Positions 17,717 to 24,792 of a stretch of 32,000 bases of DNA are shown piece after piece. This DNA is from Azospirillum sp. ST 5-10 (GTDB taxonomy: Bacteria > Pseudomonadota > Alphaproteobacteria > Azospirillales > Azospirillaceae), in NCBI RefSeq assembly GCF_051225715.1, contig NZ_JBPJSP010000040.1, forward strand, positions 20,015 through 52,014, given 5' to 3'. The notes under the pieces were generated by a model. It was not told where the DNA came from, did not search any database, and saw nothing but the letters and a program-made list of their open reading frames with translations. Made by a program: the position numbers and the translations under genes. Within the stretch, counting starts at the first letter, position 1. The number at the start of each line of letters is the position of its first letter.

Positions 17717-18013
17717 ATGAAAGCCCGTTCCCTCCTGGACCGCCGCATCACGCTGAGGCCGACGGTGTTTGCGGAGTTGGTTCTATGGGACGTGCCGGCT
17801 CCCGTCCCTGGCAGTGCTCACAACTACAAATACCGGTTGGCTCTGGTTTCCGGGGGCGTATGCGTCCTACGCTACGACAACGAGGCTGGAAAGGGCGATC
17901 ACGTTCATGTCGGCACCGATGAGCGGCCCTACCGGTTCGAGGGGGTCGACCGTCTGATCGCCGATTTCGAAATCGATGTGCGGAGGTGGCTCGATGAGCA
18001 CGGTGACTCTTGA
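17717..18013 (+). CDS. DUF6516-like small protein (putative toxin of a two-gene module; I recall RefSeq naming the family TumE)
   Basis: 98 aa. Core WDVPAPVPGSAHNYKYRLALV...LRYDNEAGKGDHVHVG...PYRF matches my memory of this family. Overlaps the next gene by 20 nt. Confidence 0.55.
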   Translation: MKARSLLDRRITLRPTVFAELVLWDVPAPVPGSAHNYKYRLALVSGGVCVLRYDNEAGKGDHVHVGTDERPYRFEGVDRLIADFEIDVRRWLDEHGDS

Positions 18014-18341
18014 AGTGTCCGACCTTAGCGAGGGACTGGCCGCGTTTCGCAAGGCATGGACGAGCGGACGCGCCGAGGAAGGAGCCCGCATCGGCTTCGC
18101 CTCGCCGGAGCTGCTGTGGAAGGTGCTCACCGCCAAGCGCTGGGAATTGCTTCGGACCATGACCGGTCAGGGGCCGCTGGCTCTGCGCGAGGTCGCAAGG
18201 CGCGTCGAGCGCGACGTGAAAGGCGTCCACACCGACGTTCACGCTCTGGTCGAGGCAGGCCTCATTCGCAGGACGGCGGACGGAAAGTTCGAGTTCCCGT
18301 ACGACGCGGTCCACGTCGATTTCATGCTGCGCGCTGCGTGA
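17994..18341 (+). CDS. winged-HTH DNA-binding protein (putative cognate antitoxin/regulator)
   Basis: Track ORF 17976..18341. ATG at residue 7 (MSTVTLEV) follows GGAGG by 7 nt. LLWKVLTAKRWELLRTMTGQGPLALREVARRVERDVKGVHTDVHALVEAGLI is a MarR/ArsR-like wHTH. Confidence 0.55.
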   Translation: MSTVTLEVSDLSEGLAAFRKAWTSGRAEEGARIGFASPELLWKVLTAKRWELLRTMTGQGPLALREVARRVERDVKGVHTDVHALVEAGLIRRTADGKFEFPYDAVHVDFMLRAA

Positions 18342-18362
18342 GCACCCGACCAAGGCGCCCGT

Positions 18363-18378
18363 CGTCAGCGCGCTGACG
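18363..18378. terminator. perfect 16-bp palindrome CGTCAGCGCGCTGACG between convergent genes
   Basis: Lies between the HTH gene stop (18341) and the purT stop (18438). No U-tract. Confidence 0.35.
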
Positions 18379-18410
18379 GCGCTGCCGCCGGCACCTTGAA
18401 CCGGACCCAC

Positions 18411-18429
18411 CGCGATCTCTTCGATCGCG
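18411..18429 (-). terminator. hairpin CGCGATC-TCTTC-GATCGCG just downstream of purT
   Basis: 7-bp stem, 8 nt beyond the purT stop codon on the minus strand. No clear U-tract. Confidence 0.3.
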
Positions 18430-18437
18430 CCCGGCGA

Positions 18438-19613
18438 TCAGGGTTCGTACCGGATGCGCACCCGCCCGGCCGCGCGCCGCGCCAGGTCGCGCGCCGCGTC
18501 GGCGGTGGCGCCGGTCGCCAGGGCGACGCCCATGCGGCGGTACGGACGGGTGGTCGGCTTGCCGAAGAGGCGAACCTCCACCTCGGCGTCCGGCGACCCC
18601 AGCCGCAGCGCCTCGTCCAGCCCTTCGAAGGCGAAGCGCTCGGACTCGCGGTCGGCGAGGATCACCGCCGAGGCGGCCGGCCCGCGCAGGTGCACGGCGG
18701 GGATCGGCAGGCCGAGGATGGCGCGGGCGTGCAGGTCGAACTCCGACAGGTTCTGGGAGATCAGCGTCACCATGCCGGTGTCGTGCGGCCGCGGCGACAG
18801 CTCGGAGAAGATCACCGCGTCGCCGGCCACGAAGAACTCGACCCCGAACAGGCCGTAGCCGCCGAGATCGTCGACGATCTTGCGGGCCATCTCCTGGGCC
18901 TCGGCGACGAGCGTGTCCGGCATGGCGACGGGCTGCCAGGATTCCTGGTAGTCGCCGCGCTCCTGGCGGTGGCCGATCGGCGGACAGAACACCACGCCGT
19001 CGCGCGTGCGCACCGTCAGCAGGGTGATCTCGTAGTCGAAGGCGACGAACTGCTCGACGATGACCCGCCGGCGGTCGCCGCGCATGTTGGCGACCGCGTA
19101 GGTCCAGGCGCGCTCCAGCTCCTCCTCGCTGCGCACCGTGCTCTGCCCCTTGCCGGACGACGACATCACCGGCTTGACCACGCAGGGCAGCCCGGTGTGG
19201 GCGACGGCGGCCCGCACCTCGTCGAGGCTCTCCGCGTAGCGGTAGCGCGAGGTGCGCAGGCCGAGCCCGCCCGCCGCCACCTCGCGGATGCGGTCGCGGT
19301 TCATGGTCATGACGGTGGCGCGCGCCGAGGGGACGACCGTGAAGCCCTCGGCCTCCAGCTCCTGCAGCACCTCGGTGCGGATCGCCTCGATCTCCGGCAC
19401 GATGAAATCGGGCCGGTGCCGCTCCACCGCCGCCCGCAGGGCGTCGCCGTCGAGCATCGAGAAGACCTCGGCCGCATCGGCCACCTGCATCGCCGGCGCC
19501 CCGGCGTAGCTGTCGCAGGCGACCACGTGGCAGCCGTAGCGCTTGGCCGAGATGGCGAACTCCTTGCCGAGCTCGCCGGACCCGAGAAGCAGGATCTTCG
19601 CCGTGAACGCCAT
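18438..19613 (-). CDS. purT: formate-dependent phosphoribosylglycinamide formyltransferase (GAR transformylase 2)
   Basis: 391 aa. KILLLGSGELGKE, VVKPVMSSSGKGQS (ATP-grasp), GLFGVEFF, SPRPHDTG and RRMGVALA are PurT hallmarks. RBS GGAGGAGAGG. Confidence 0.95.
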   Translation of the reverse strand: MAFTAKILLLGSGELGKEFAISAKRYGCHVVACDSYAGAPAMQVADAAEVFSMLDGDALRAAVERHRPDFIVPEIEAIRTEVLQELEAEGFTVVPSARATVMTMNRDRIREVAAGGLGLRTSRYRYAESLDEVRAAVAHTGLPCVVKPVMSSSGKGQSTVRSEEELERAWTYAVANMRGDRRRVIVEQFVAFDYEITLLTVRTRDGVVFCPPIGHRQERGDYQESWQPVAMPDTLVAEAQEMARKIVDDLGGYGLFGVEFFVAGDAVIFSELSPRPHDTGMVTLISQNLSEFDLHARAILGLPIPAVHLRGPAASAVILADRESERFAFEGLDEALRLGSPDAEVEVRLFGKPTTRPYRRMGVALATGATADAARDLARRAAGRVRIRYEP

Positions 19614-19639
19614 GAACGCCTCTCCTCCACCACAACGGC

Positions 19640-19672
19640 ACCGCCCGGCCGAGGGTAGCGCGGCCGGGCGGT
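19640..19672 (-). terminator. 12-bp-stem hairpin after the RHH antitoxin gene
   Basis: ACCGCCCGGCCG (19640-19651) / CGGCCGGGCGGT (19661-19672) with a 9-nt loop. It lies between the antitoxin stop (19704) and the purT start (19613). No U-tract. Confidence 0.4.
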
Positions 19673-19703
19673 CATGGGTACGGAGAAGTGAGGAGCGCGT
19701 GTC

Positions 19704-19955
19704 TCAGGCGGATTCCATCCGGTCATCGTCGCGCGGCGGGTTGCCAGTTCCGGAGCGGGCCAGGATGTCCTTGGCTTGGCCACGCTGCGCGCGGGCACCG
19801 CGGGCGGCGAAATAGCGCTCGGCCTCGGACTGGGCTCCGACCCGGGCCGCAAGGGCCGTCGCGATATACTGGTTGAGACTGACTCCCGCGGCTTCCGCCT
19901 GGGCAATGGCTGCCTTCTTCAAGTCGTCGGGAAGCCGGAGTGGAAAGCTGGTCAT
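19704..19955 (-). CDS. ribbon-helix-helix (Arc/HicB-like) antitoxin
   Basis: 83 aa. SFPLRLPDDLKKAAIAQAEAAGVSLNQYIATALAARVG is the RHH signature. Its ATG overlaps the PIN gene stop (ATGA). Confidence 0.75.
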   Translation of the reverse strand: MTSFPLRLPDDLKKAAIAQAEAAGVSLNQYIATALAARVGAQSEAERYFAARGARAQRGQAKDILARSGTGNPPRDDDRMESA

Positions 19956-20398
19956 GGACTCATCCTCCTGAGAACCTCGACCGGACGCAGAACGGAAATG
20001 CCGAACGGGGCCGCACCGGCCGTCAGGTCTCCAAGGTTGAAACTGACGATCACGTCCGCAGCCCCATTGATGGCGGTTTCCAAAACCAGATCGTCATCTG
20101 GATCCGCCGCGCCGGGTCGCCACCGGTAGTCGAAGGCGACCGGCACGCAAATCCCGGCGATCTCATCGAGGATATCATGCACGTCCGCGGCACTGATGCC
20201 GAACTTCGCGAGATTTTCCGGCCGGGTCAGCACCGCCTCGTACTCCACCATCAGCGTGGTCGAGAGCATGAGGTGTGCCTTGCCGTCCAGGACGTCGAGC
20301 AGAAGCCGACGCGATGCACCCACCGGGCTGTGAAAAGCCGCGAACATGACATCGGTGTCGAGGACAAGCTTCACCATCTCTGATATCGTATACGACAT
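19952..20398 (-). CDS. PIN-domain toxin
   Basis: Last 148 aa of track ORF 19952..21340, starting MSYTISEMVKLVLDTDVMFAAF (the first acidic PIN residue sits in LVLDTDV). Later DDDLVLETAINGAADVIVSFN matches the C-terminal acidic PIN motif. The start is uncertain; an alternative ATG lies at 20377. Confidence 0.75.
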   Translation of the reverse strand: MSYTISEMVKLVLDTDVMFAAFHSPVGASRRLLLDVLDGKAHLMLSTTLMVEYEAVLTRPENLAKFGISAADVHDILDEIAGICVPVAFDYRWRPGAADPDDDLVLETAINGAADVIVSFNLGDLTAGAAPFGISVLRPVEVLRRMSP

Positions 20399-20451
20399 CA
20401 CTCGCTCACGCAACGAGTGGGTCTCCCATACGACGCACTGTTGCCCCCGCC

Positions 20452-21480
20452 CTACTCCGCCGCCACCGCCGGCTCGACCAGGGCGCGCGCCTTGGCTTCC
20501 AGCAGGCGCCGCACCCGCGCCAAGCCGACGTCGTGCTGGTAGAGGAACTCGCGCTGGCGGGCGTCGGGGGCCATCGCCTCCAGGATCAGGCGGTCCTGCT
20601 CCAGCACCTGCCAGTGCAGCTCCTCGATCCGGGTGCGGTAGAGGAAGCGCCAGACGTCGCGCTGCCAGCCCTGCGCCTTGCGCACCCGCCAGAAGAAGAC
20701 CATGCAGTGGCCCTCGTCCACCGGGGTGGCGAAGCCGACGATGAAGAAGGGGCCGCCCGGGCCGAAGCGCTTGGCGTAGGGGATGCTGAGGCGCATCCAC
20801 AGACAGTTGGTGTCGCCGAACTCGACCCAGTCGAAGTTGACGCCCATCTGGTTGGTCTTCTCGAAGATCAGGCCGGTCGGCGTCTGGCGCACCGCCATCT
20901 CCGCCGACTTCTCGCCGTACGCCATGGAATGGGACACCGCGTGCAGGTAGCTGCCGTGCATCGGGTCCATGACGTTGTCGATGGCGTAGCGGTAGTTGCA
21001 GTCCCAGTGCGCGACGCACAGGTTGCGCCCGTAGGTGGCGTCGTCCGTCAGCTCCTCGGGCAGATCCAGCTCCGGCACCGCGTCGGAGCGGCCGTCGGAG
21101 AAGTACAGGAAGATCGCCCCGGCGACCTCGCGCACGGGATAGGTGCGCACGTGCGCCTTGCTCTTCATCGGGCAGTTGGGGGAGGCCGGCACGTCGGCGA
21201 CCTTGCCGTCGCCGCGCACCTCCACCCCGTGGTACCAGCAGGCCACCCGGTCGCCCAGGTTCCAGCCCATGGACAGGCGCGCCCCGCGGTGCGGGCAGCG
21301 GTCCTCGCAGGCGTGCACCTGGCCGTCGCGGTCGCGCCACACCACGATGTTCTCGGACAGGCGGGTGATCCCCACCGGCGTGTCCTGCACCGCCCAGCTC
21401 GCCAGCACCGGGTGCCAGACGTTGAGGATGCCGGTGTCGAGCCGGCGTTCCAGGTCGGACTTCATCGACGTCTCAGCCAT
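20452..21480 (-). CDS. Rieske [2Fe-2S] non-haem-iron oxygenase, alpha-only (phthalate/VanA family)
   Basis: Track ORF 20452..21510. ATG at residue 11 (MAETSMK) follows GAAGGAAG. Rieske motif CPHRGARLS...CWYHG. Iron motif DNVMDPMHGSYLH (Dx3Dx2Hx4H). No beta-subunit gene nearby. Confidence 0.9.
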   Translation of the reverse strand: MAETSMKSDLERRLDTGILNVWHPVLASWAVQDTPVGITRLSENIVVWRDRDGQVHACEDRCPHRGARLSMGWNLGDRVACWYHGVEVRGDGKVADVPASPNCPMKSKAHVRTYPVREVAGAIFLYFSDGRSDAVPELDLPEELTDDATYGRNLCVAHWDCNYRYAIDNVMDPMHGSYLHAVSHSMAYGEKSAEMAVRQTPTGLIFEKTNQMGVNFDWVEFGDTNCLWMRLSIPYAKRFGPGGPFFIVGFATPVDEGHCMVFFWRVRKAQGWQRDVWRFLYRTRIEELHWQVLEQDRLILEAMAPDARQREFLYQHDVGLARVRRLLEAKARALVEPAVAAE

Positions 21481-21518
21481 CGCGGTCTTCCTTCTTCCCG
21501 CCCCACTCACGCGCCCAC

Positions 21519-21815
21519 TCAGGCGCCCAGGCGCGCGATCTCGCGCTCGAAGCTCTCCACCGTCCAGGGGCGGTGGTCGGGCGTGCGCAGGCCCCGCGCG
21601 TTCAGCCCGTCGACCAGCGCCGGCAGATCCTCCGCACCCGCCTCGAAGCAGGCGATCAGGGCGTCGGCCAGGTCGCTCTCGTAGGGGGTCGGCGCCGCCG
21701 GGCGGGTCTGCCAGACGATGTTCGCCACGGCGCCGGGACGTTCGATCACGCCCTTGCCGGCGGCGGTGTTGGGCGCCGGCATGCGCCAGGGCGCCAGATA
21801 CGGGTTGTGGTCCAT
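21519..21815 (-). CDS. small conserved protein of unknown function (I recall RefSeq naming similar proteins recombinase-like HTH domain-containing protein)
   Basis: 98 aa. Plausible composition. Tightly packed: it starts 1 nt after the RidA stop and ends 38 nt before the Rieske start. C-terminal GLRTPDHRPWTVESFEREIARLGA. Confidence 0.55.
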   Translation of the reverse strand: MDHNPYLAPWRMPAPNTAAGKGVIERPGAVANIVWQTRPAAPTPYESDLADALIACFEAGAEDLPALVDGLNARGLRTPDHRPWTVESFEREIARLGA

Positions 21816-21816
21816 C

Positions 21817-22218
21817 TCAGCCCTCCTGTGCGGCGCCGATCACGGCGACCGCGTCGATTTCCACCAGAAGCCCGGGGGCCGCCAGCCCCGTCACCTCGAC
21901 CAGGGTCGAGCAGGGCGGCACCCCGTCGAAGACCGCGCGCCGGGCGGCGGCCACCTCGCCGCGCCGGGCCATGTCGGTGACGTAGACCGTCAGCTTCACC
22001 ACGTCGGCCATGGTCCCGCCGGCCGCCTCCACCAGGGCGCGGACGCGCCGCAGCGCCTCGCGCGCCTGCGCCTCCACGCGGTCGCCGCCGACCACGCCGC
22101 CGCCCGGCACCCCGGCGTGCTGGCCCGAGAGGTGGAGCGTGCCGTCGACCAGCAGGGCGTTGGAGAACAGCCCCGGCGGCGGCTCCGGCACCCCGGGGGC
22201 GGTGATGCGGCGGATCAC
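21817..22218 (-). CDS. RidA/YjgF-family enamine/imine deaminase
   Basis: C-terminal 133 aa of track ORF 21817..23088. GTG start after GGAGG plus 8 nt. FSNALLVDGTLHLSGQ, DVVKLTVYVTD and PCSTLVEVTGLAAPGLLVEIDAVA match the RidA fold. Confidence 0.8.
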   Translation of the reverse strand: MIRRITAPGVPEPPPGLFSNALLVDGTLHLSGQHAGVPGGGVVGGDRVEAQAREALRRVRALVEAAGGTMADVVKLTVYVTDMARRGEVAAARRAVFDGVPPCSTLVEVTGLAAPGLLVEIDAVAVIGAAQEG

Positions 22219-22241
22219 GGCCAAGTCCTCCGGCCGTCCCG

Positions 22242-23234
22242 TCACTGCACGAACGCGTTGGTGTAGAGCTCCTCGACCGGGGTCGCCTTCTGGACGATGC
22301 CCTGATCCAGGTAGAAGTCCTGCAGCTTCGCCAGGCGCCCGGCGTCCATGGCGCCGACCACGTCCTGCCCCTTGTACGTACGCTCGGTGTAGTTGGCGAA
22401 GATGCGGGTCAGCAGCTCCTCCTTGCCGGCCATGGACGGCTCCGCCTGCGCGTACGTCTTCGCCGCGCGGGCCGGGTCCTCCATGATGTACGTCATGCCT
22501 TTCAGGGTCGCCCGGACGATCGCCTTCACCAGCTCCGGCCGCTTCTCGATCGCCTCGTCGGAGGCGAGGATGGCCTGGGCCATGGAGGGGAAGTACTCCA
22601 TGGTCGGCATCGACACGGTGGCGCCGGGCAGGCCGTCCTTGACGTTGATCTCCCAGTCCGGCGTGCAGGCGCAGGCGTCGGCCTCGCCGGCGATCACCAG
22701 CTTCGGCACGCCGGCCGGGCCGACCGCCTGGGCGTTGACGTCGTTCTTGGTCAGGCCGACCGCGGCCAGGCTGCCCAGCAGGGCGTAGTAGGTGGTGTCC
22801 TGGTAGGACAGCGCGGTGACGGTCTTGCCCTTGAGGTCGGCCAGGGTCTTGACGCCGCGGTCGGCGCGGGCGACGACGGTGGTCATCGAGCCGCCGCCGA
22901 GCACGCCCACCGCCTTCACCGGGATGCCGTTGGCGCGGACGATGATGGGCGTGTCGCCGATGGCGCCGCCGATCATGGCGTTGCCGGCGCCCACCTGCTT
23001 GGCGACGTCGACGCCGCCGCGCGCGACCTGGAACTCCACGTCGTAGCCGGCGTCCTTGTAGTAGCCGAGGTGCTTGGCCAGCACCCACGGCGCGAAGGCG
23101 GGCAGCGACAAGGGTGCCGGCAGCAGGTAGGTCACCGTCTCGGCCGCCGCGCCCGCCGGCGCGCCGCCGATCCCCGCCGCCAGCACCGCGGCGGCCGCGA
23201 GCGCCCGCAGGCCCCCGATCAGGCTCGTGCTCAT
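22242..23234 (-). CDS. ABC-transporter periplasmic substrate-binding protein (NMT1/SsuA/TauA-like, NitT/TauT family)
   Basis: Last 330 aa of track ORF 22242..23597, from MSTSLIGGLRALAAAAVLAAGIGGAPAGAAAE (Sec signal peptide). The mature part resembles the SsuA/NMT1 fold. Confidence 0.85.
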   Translation of the reverse strand: MSTSLIGGLRALAAAAVLAAGIGGAPAGAAAETVTYLLPAPLSLPAFAPWVLAKHLGYYKDAGYDVEFQVARGGVDVAKQVGAGNAMIGGAIGDTPIIVRANGIPVKAVGVLGGGSMTTVVARADRGVKTLADLKGKTVTALSYQDTTYYALLGSLAAVGLTKNDVNAQAVGPAGVPKLVIAGEADACACTPDWEINVKDGLPGATVSMPTMEYFPSMAQAILASDEAIEKRPELVKAIVRATLKGMTYIMEDPARAAKTYAQAEPSMAGKEELLTRIFANYTERTYKGQDVVGAMDAGRLAKLQDFYLDQGIVQKATPVEELYTNAFVQ

Positions 23235-23590
23235 GGTCCCTCGTCTCCCTGTTCTTGGTGGAAGCCGTTCCCGGCCCGGGACGCCTGCCATTCGCGCGTC
23301 AGGCGCTCGCGGACCGGGACGAAGTCGTAGGTCGGATGGAACTCGGTGGAGAAGACGCCCCAGGCGCAGCGCTCGATCTCGACGTTGACGACGTTGAGGA
23401 GGCGCGGCGGCAGACGCAGGGTGACGATCTGGCCGACGCCCATCACCACGTTCCAGCTCACGATCTCGGCGCCGGCCGGGGGAAAGCGCTCCCACCATCC
23501 CGTCGCGGCGAGGTGGCCCTGGATCTGCTCCAGCGTCTTGCTCTGGTCGTGCTTCAGGAAGACGGTGAGCAGGATGGTCTCTTCCGGCAC
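23231..23590 (-). CDS. small hypothetical protein, operon member
   Basis: Track ORF 23231..23611. I favour GTG 23590 because GGGAGG lies 6 nt upstream. Its stop overlaps the SBP ATG (ATGA). I recognise no family. Confidence 0.5.
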   Translation of the reverse strand: MPEETILLTVFLKHDQSKTLEQIQGHLAATGWWERFPPAGAEIVSWNVVMGVGQIVTLRLPPRLLNVVNVEIERCAWGVFSTEFHPTYDFVPVRERLTREWQASRAGNGFHQEQGDEGP

Positions 23591-23618
23591 GGCACACCTC
23601 CCGCCTTTCATCCCGGGG

Positions 23619-24590
23619 TCAGATGTCGAGGACCAGGCGGCGGCCGCGGGCGCGCGAGACGCAGATCATCATGCTGCGTCCGGCGGCGCGCTCGGCCGCC
23701 GACAGGATGCTGTCGCGGTGGTCGGGCTCGCCCTCCAGCACCGCCGTCTCGCAGGTGCCGCACACCCCCTGCTCGCACGAGCACGGCGCGTCGACCCCCG
23801 CGGCCGCCAGCGCGTCGAGGATGCTGCGGTCGGGCGGCACGACGACGGTCGTTCCGGAGCGCGCGCACACCACCTCCAGCTCCGCCGACTCCCCGGCGGC
23901 GGCTGCCGCCGCGCTGCGCGGCGCGAACCACTCGAAGCGCAGGCTGCCCTCGGGCCAGCCGGCGCCGGCGGCCTCGACCGCCTGCATCAGCCGTTCCGGC
24001 CCGCAGCAGTAGACCAGCGTGTCGGCCGCCGGCTCGGCCAGCACCGCCTCGACCGACAGGCGCGTGCCCGCGGCGCTGGCGTGCAGCACCACAGCACCGC
24101 CCGGCACGGTCGCCAGCGCGTCGAGGAAGGGCGCGGCGGACACCGCGCGCACGCAATAGTGCAAGGTCCACGGCGCGCCGGCGGCGGCGGCCGCGCGCAC
24201 CATCGGCAGGAGCGGCGTGATGCCGATGCCGCCGGCGATGAACAGGTAGCGGGCGGCCGGGTCGAAGCGGAAGTTGTTGCGCGGGGCCCCGACGGTGAGG
24301 AGCTGGCCCGGCCGCAGCGTCTCGTGCACGGCGCGCGAGCCGCGCCCGTCCGGCGTCTTCAGCACCGCCACCGTGTAGACGCCGCGGTCGGCGGGGTCGC
24401 CGCACAGCGAATACTGGCGGATCACGCCGCCCGGCAGATGCAGATCGAGGTGGGCGCCGGGCGCGAACGGCGGCAGCGGACGGCCGTCGGGATCGCGGAA
24501 GTCGAGGGACAGGACGTCCGCCGCCTCCCACGTCATGCGGTGGAGACGCACCGTCAAGGTGCCGTTCGCGGGGCCTGCGCTGTCCTGCAT
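23619..24590 (-). CDS. PDR/VanB-type oxidoreductase (FMN/NAD-binding FNR-like domain + C-terminal plant-type 2Fe-2S ferredoxin)
   Basis: Track ORF 23619..24812. Start moved to MQDSAGPANG (residue 75). RQYSLCG flavin motif, FIAGGIGITP NAD motif, and C-terminal CSCEQGVCGTCET cluster. Confidence 0.9.
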   Translation of the reverse strand: MQDSAGPANGTLTVRLHRMTWEAADVLSLDFRDPDGRPLPPFAPGAHLDLHLPGGVIRQYSLCGDPADRGVYTVAVLKTPDGRGSRAVHETLRPGQLLTVGAPRNNFRFDPAARYLFIAGGIGITPLLPMVRAAAAAGAPWTLHYCVRAVSAAPFLDALATVPGGAVVLHASAAGTRLSVEAVLAEPAADTLVYCCGPERLMQAVEAAGAGWPEGSLRFEWFAPRSAAAAAAGESAELEVVCARSGTTVVVPPDRSILDALAAAGVDAPCSCEQGVCGTCETAVLEGEPDHRDSILSAAERAAGRSMMICVSRARGRRLVLDI

Positions 24591-24637
24591 CGGCGGGTAC
24601 CCCCCTGCCTTCGGTCCGTCATGATCGTTTCGTCGTA

Positions 24638-24698
24638 TTGACACTATCAACCTTCGATGCGACAATCCAGATATAAAATGACGTCTCATTAGTGAGAC
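24638..24698 (+). promoter_or_regulatory. putative promoter TTGACA-N17-GACAAT followed by perfect palindrome GTCTCA-TTAG-TGAGAC
   Basis: AT-rich divergent region between the reductase start (24590) and the ABC ATPase start (24793). -35 at 24638-24643, -10 at 24661-24666, palindrome at 24683-24698. Confidence 0.45.
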
Positions 24699-24792
24699 AG
24701 ACCCGCCCCGCGCCGTGGGGCGGGTGCCCTGAACACCGGGCGGCGCCGGACGGCACGGGACCATGTGCCGACGGCGCCAGGAGGGTCGAGGC

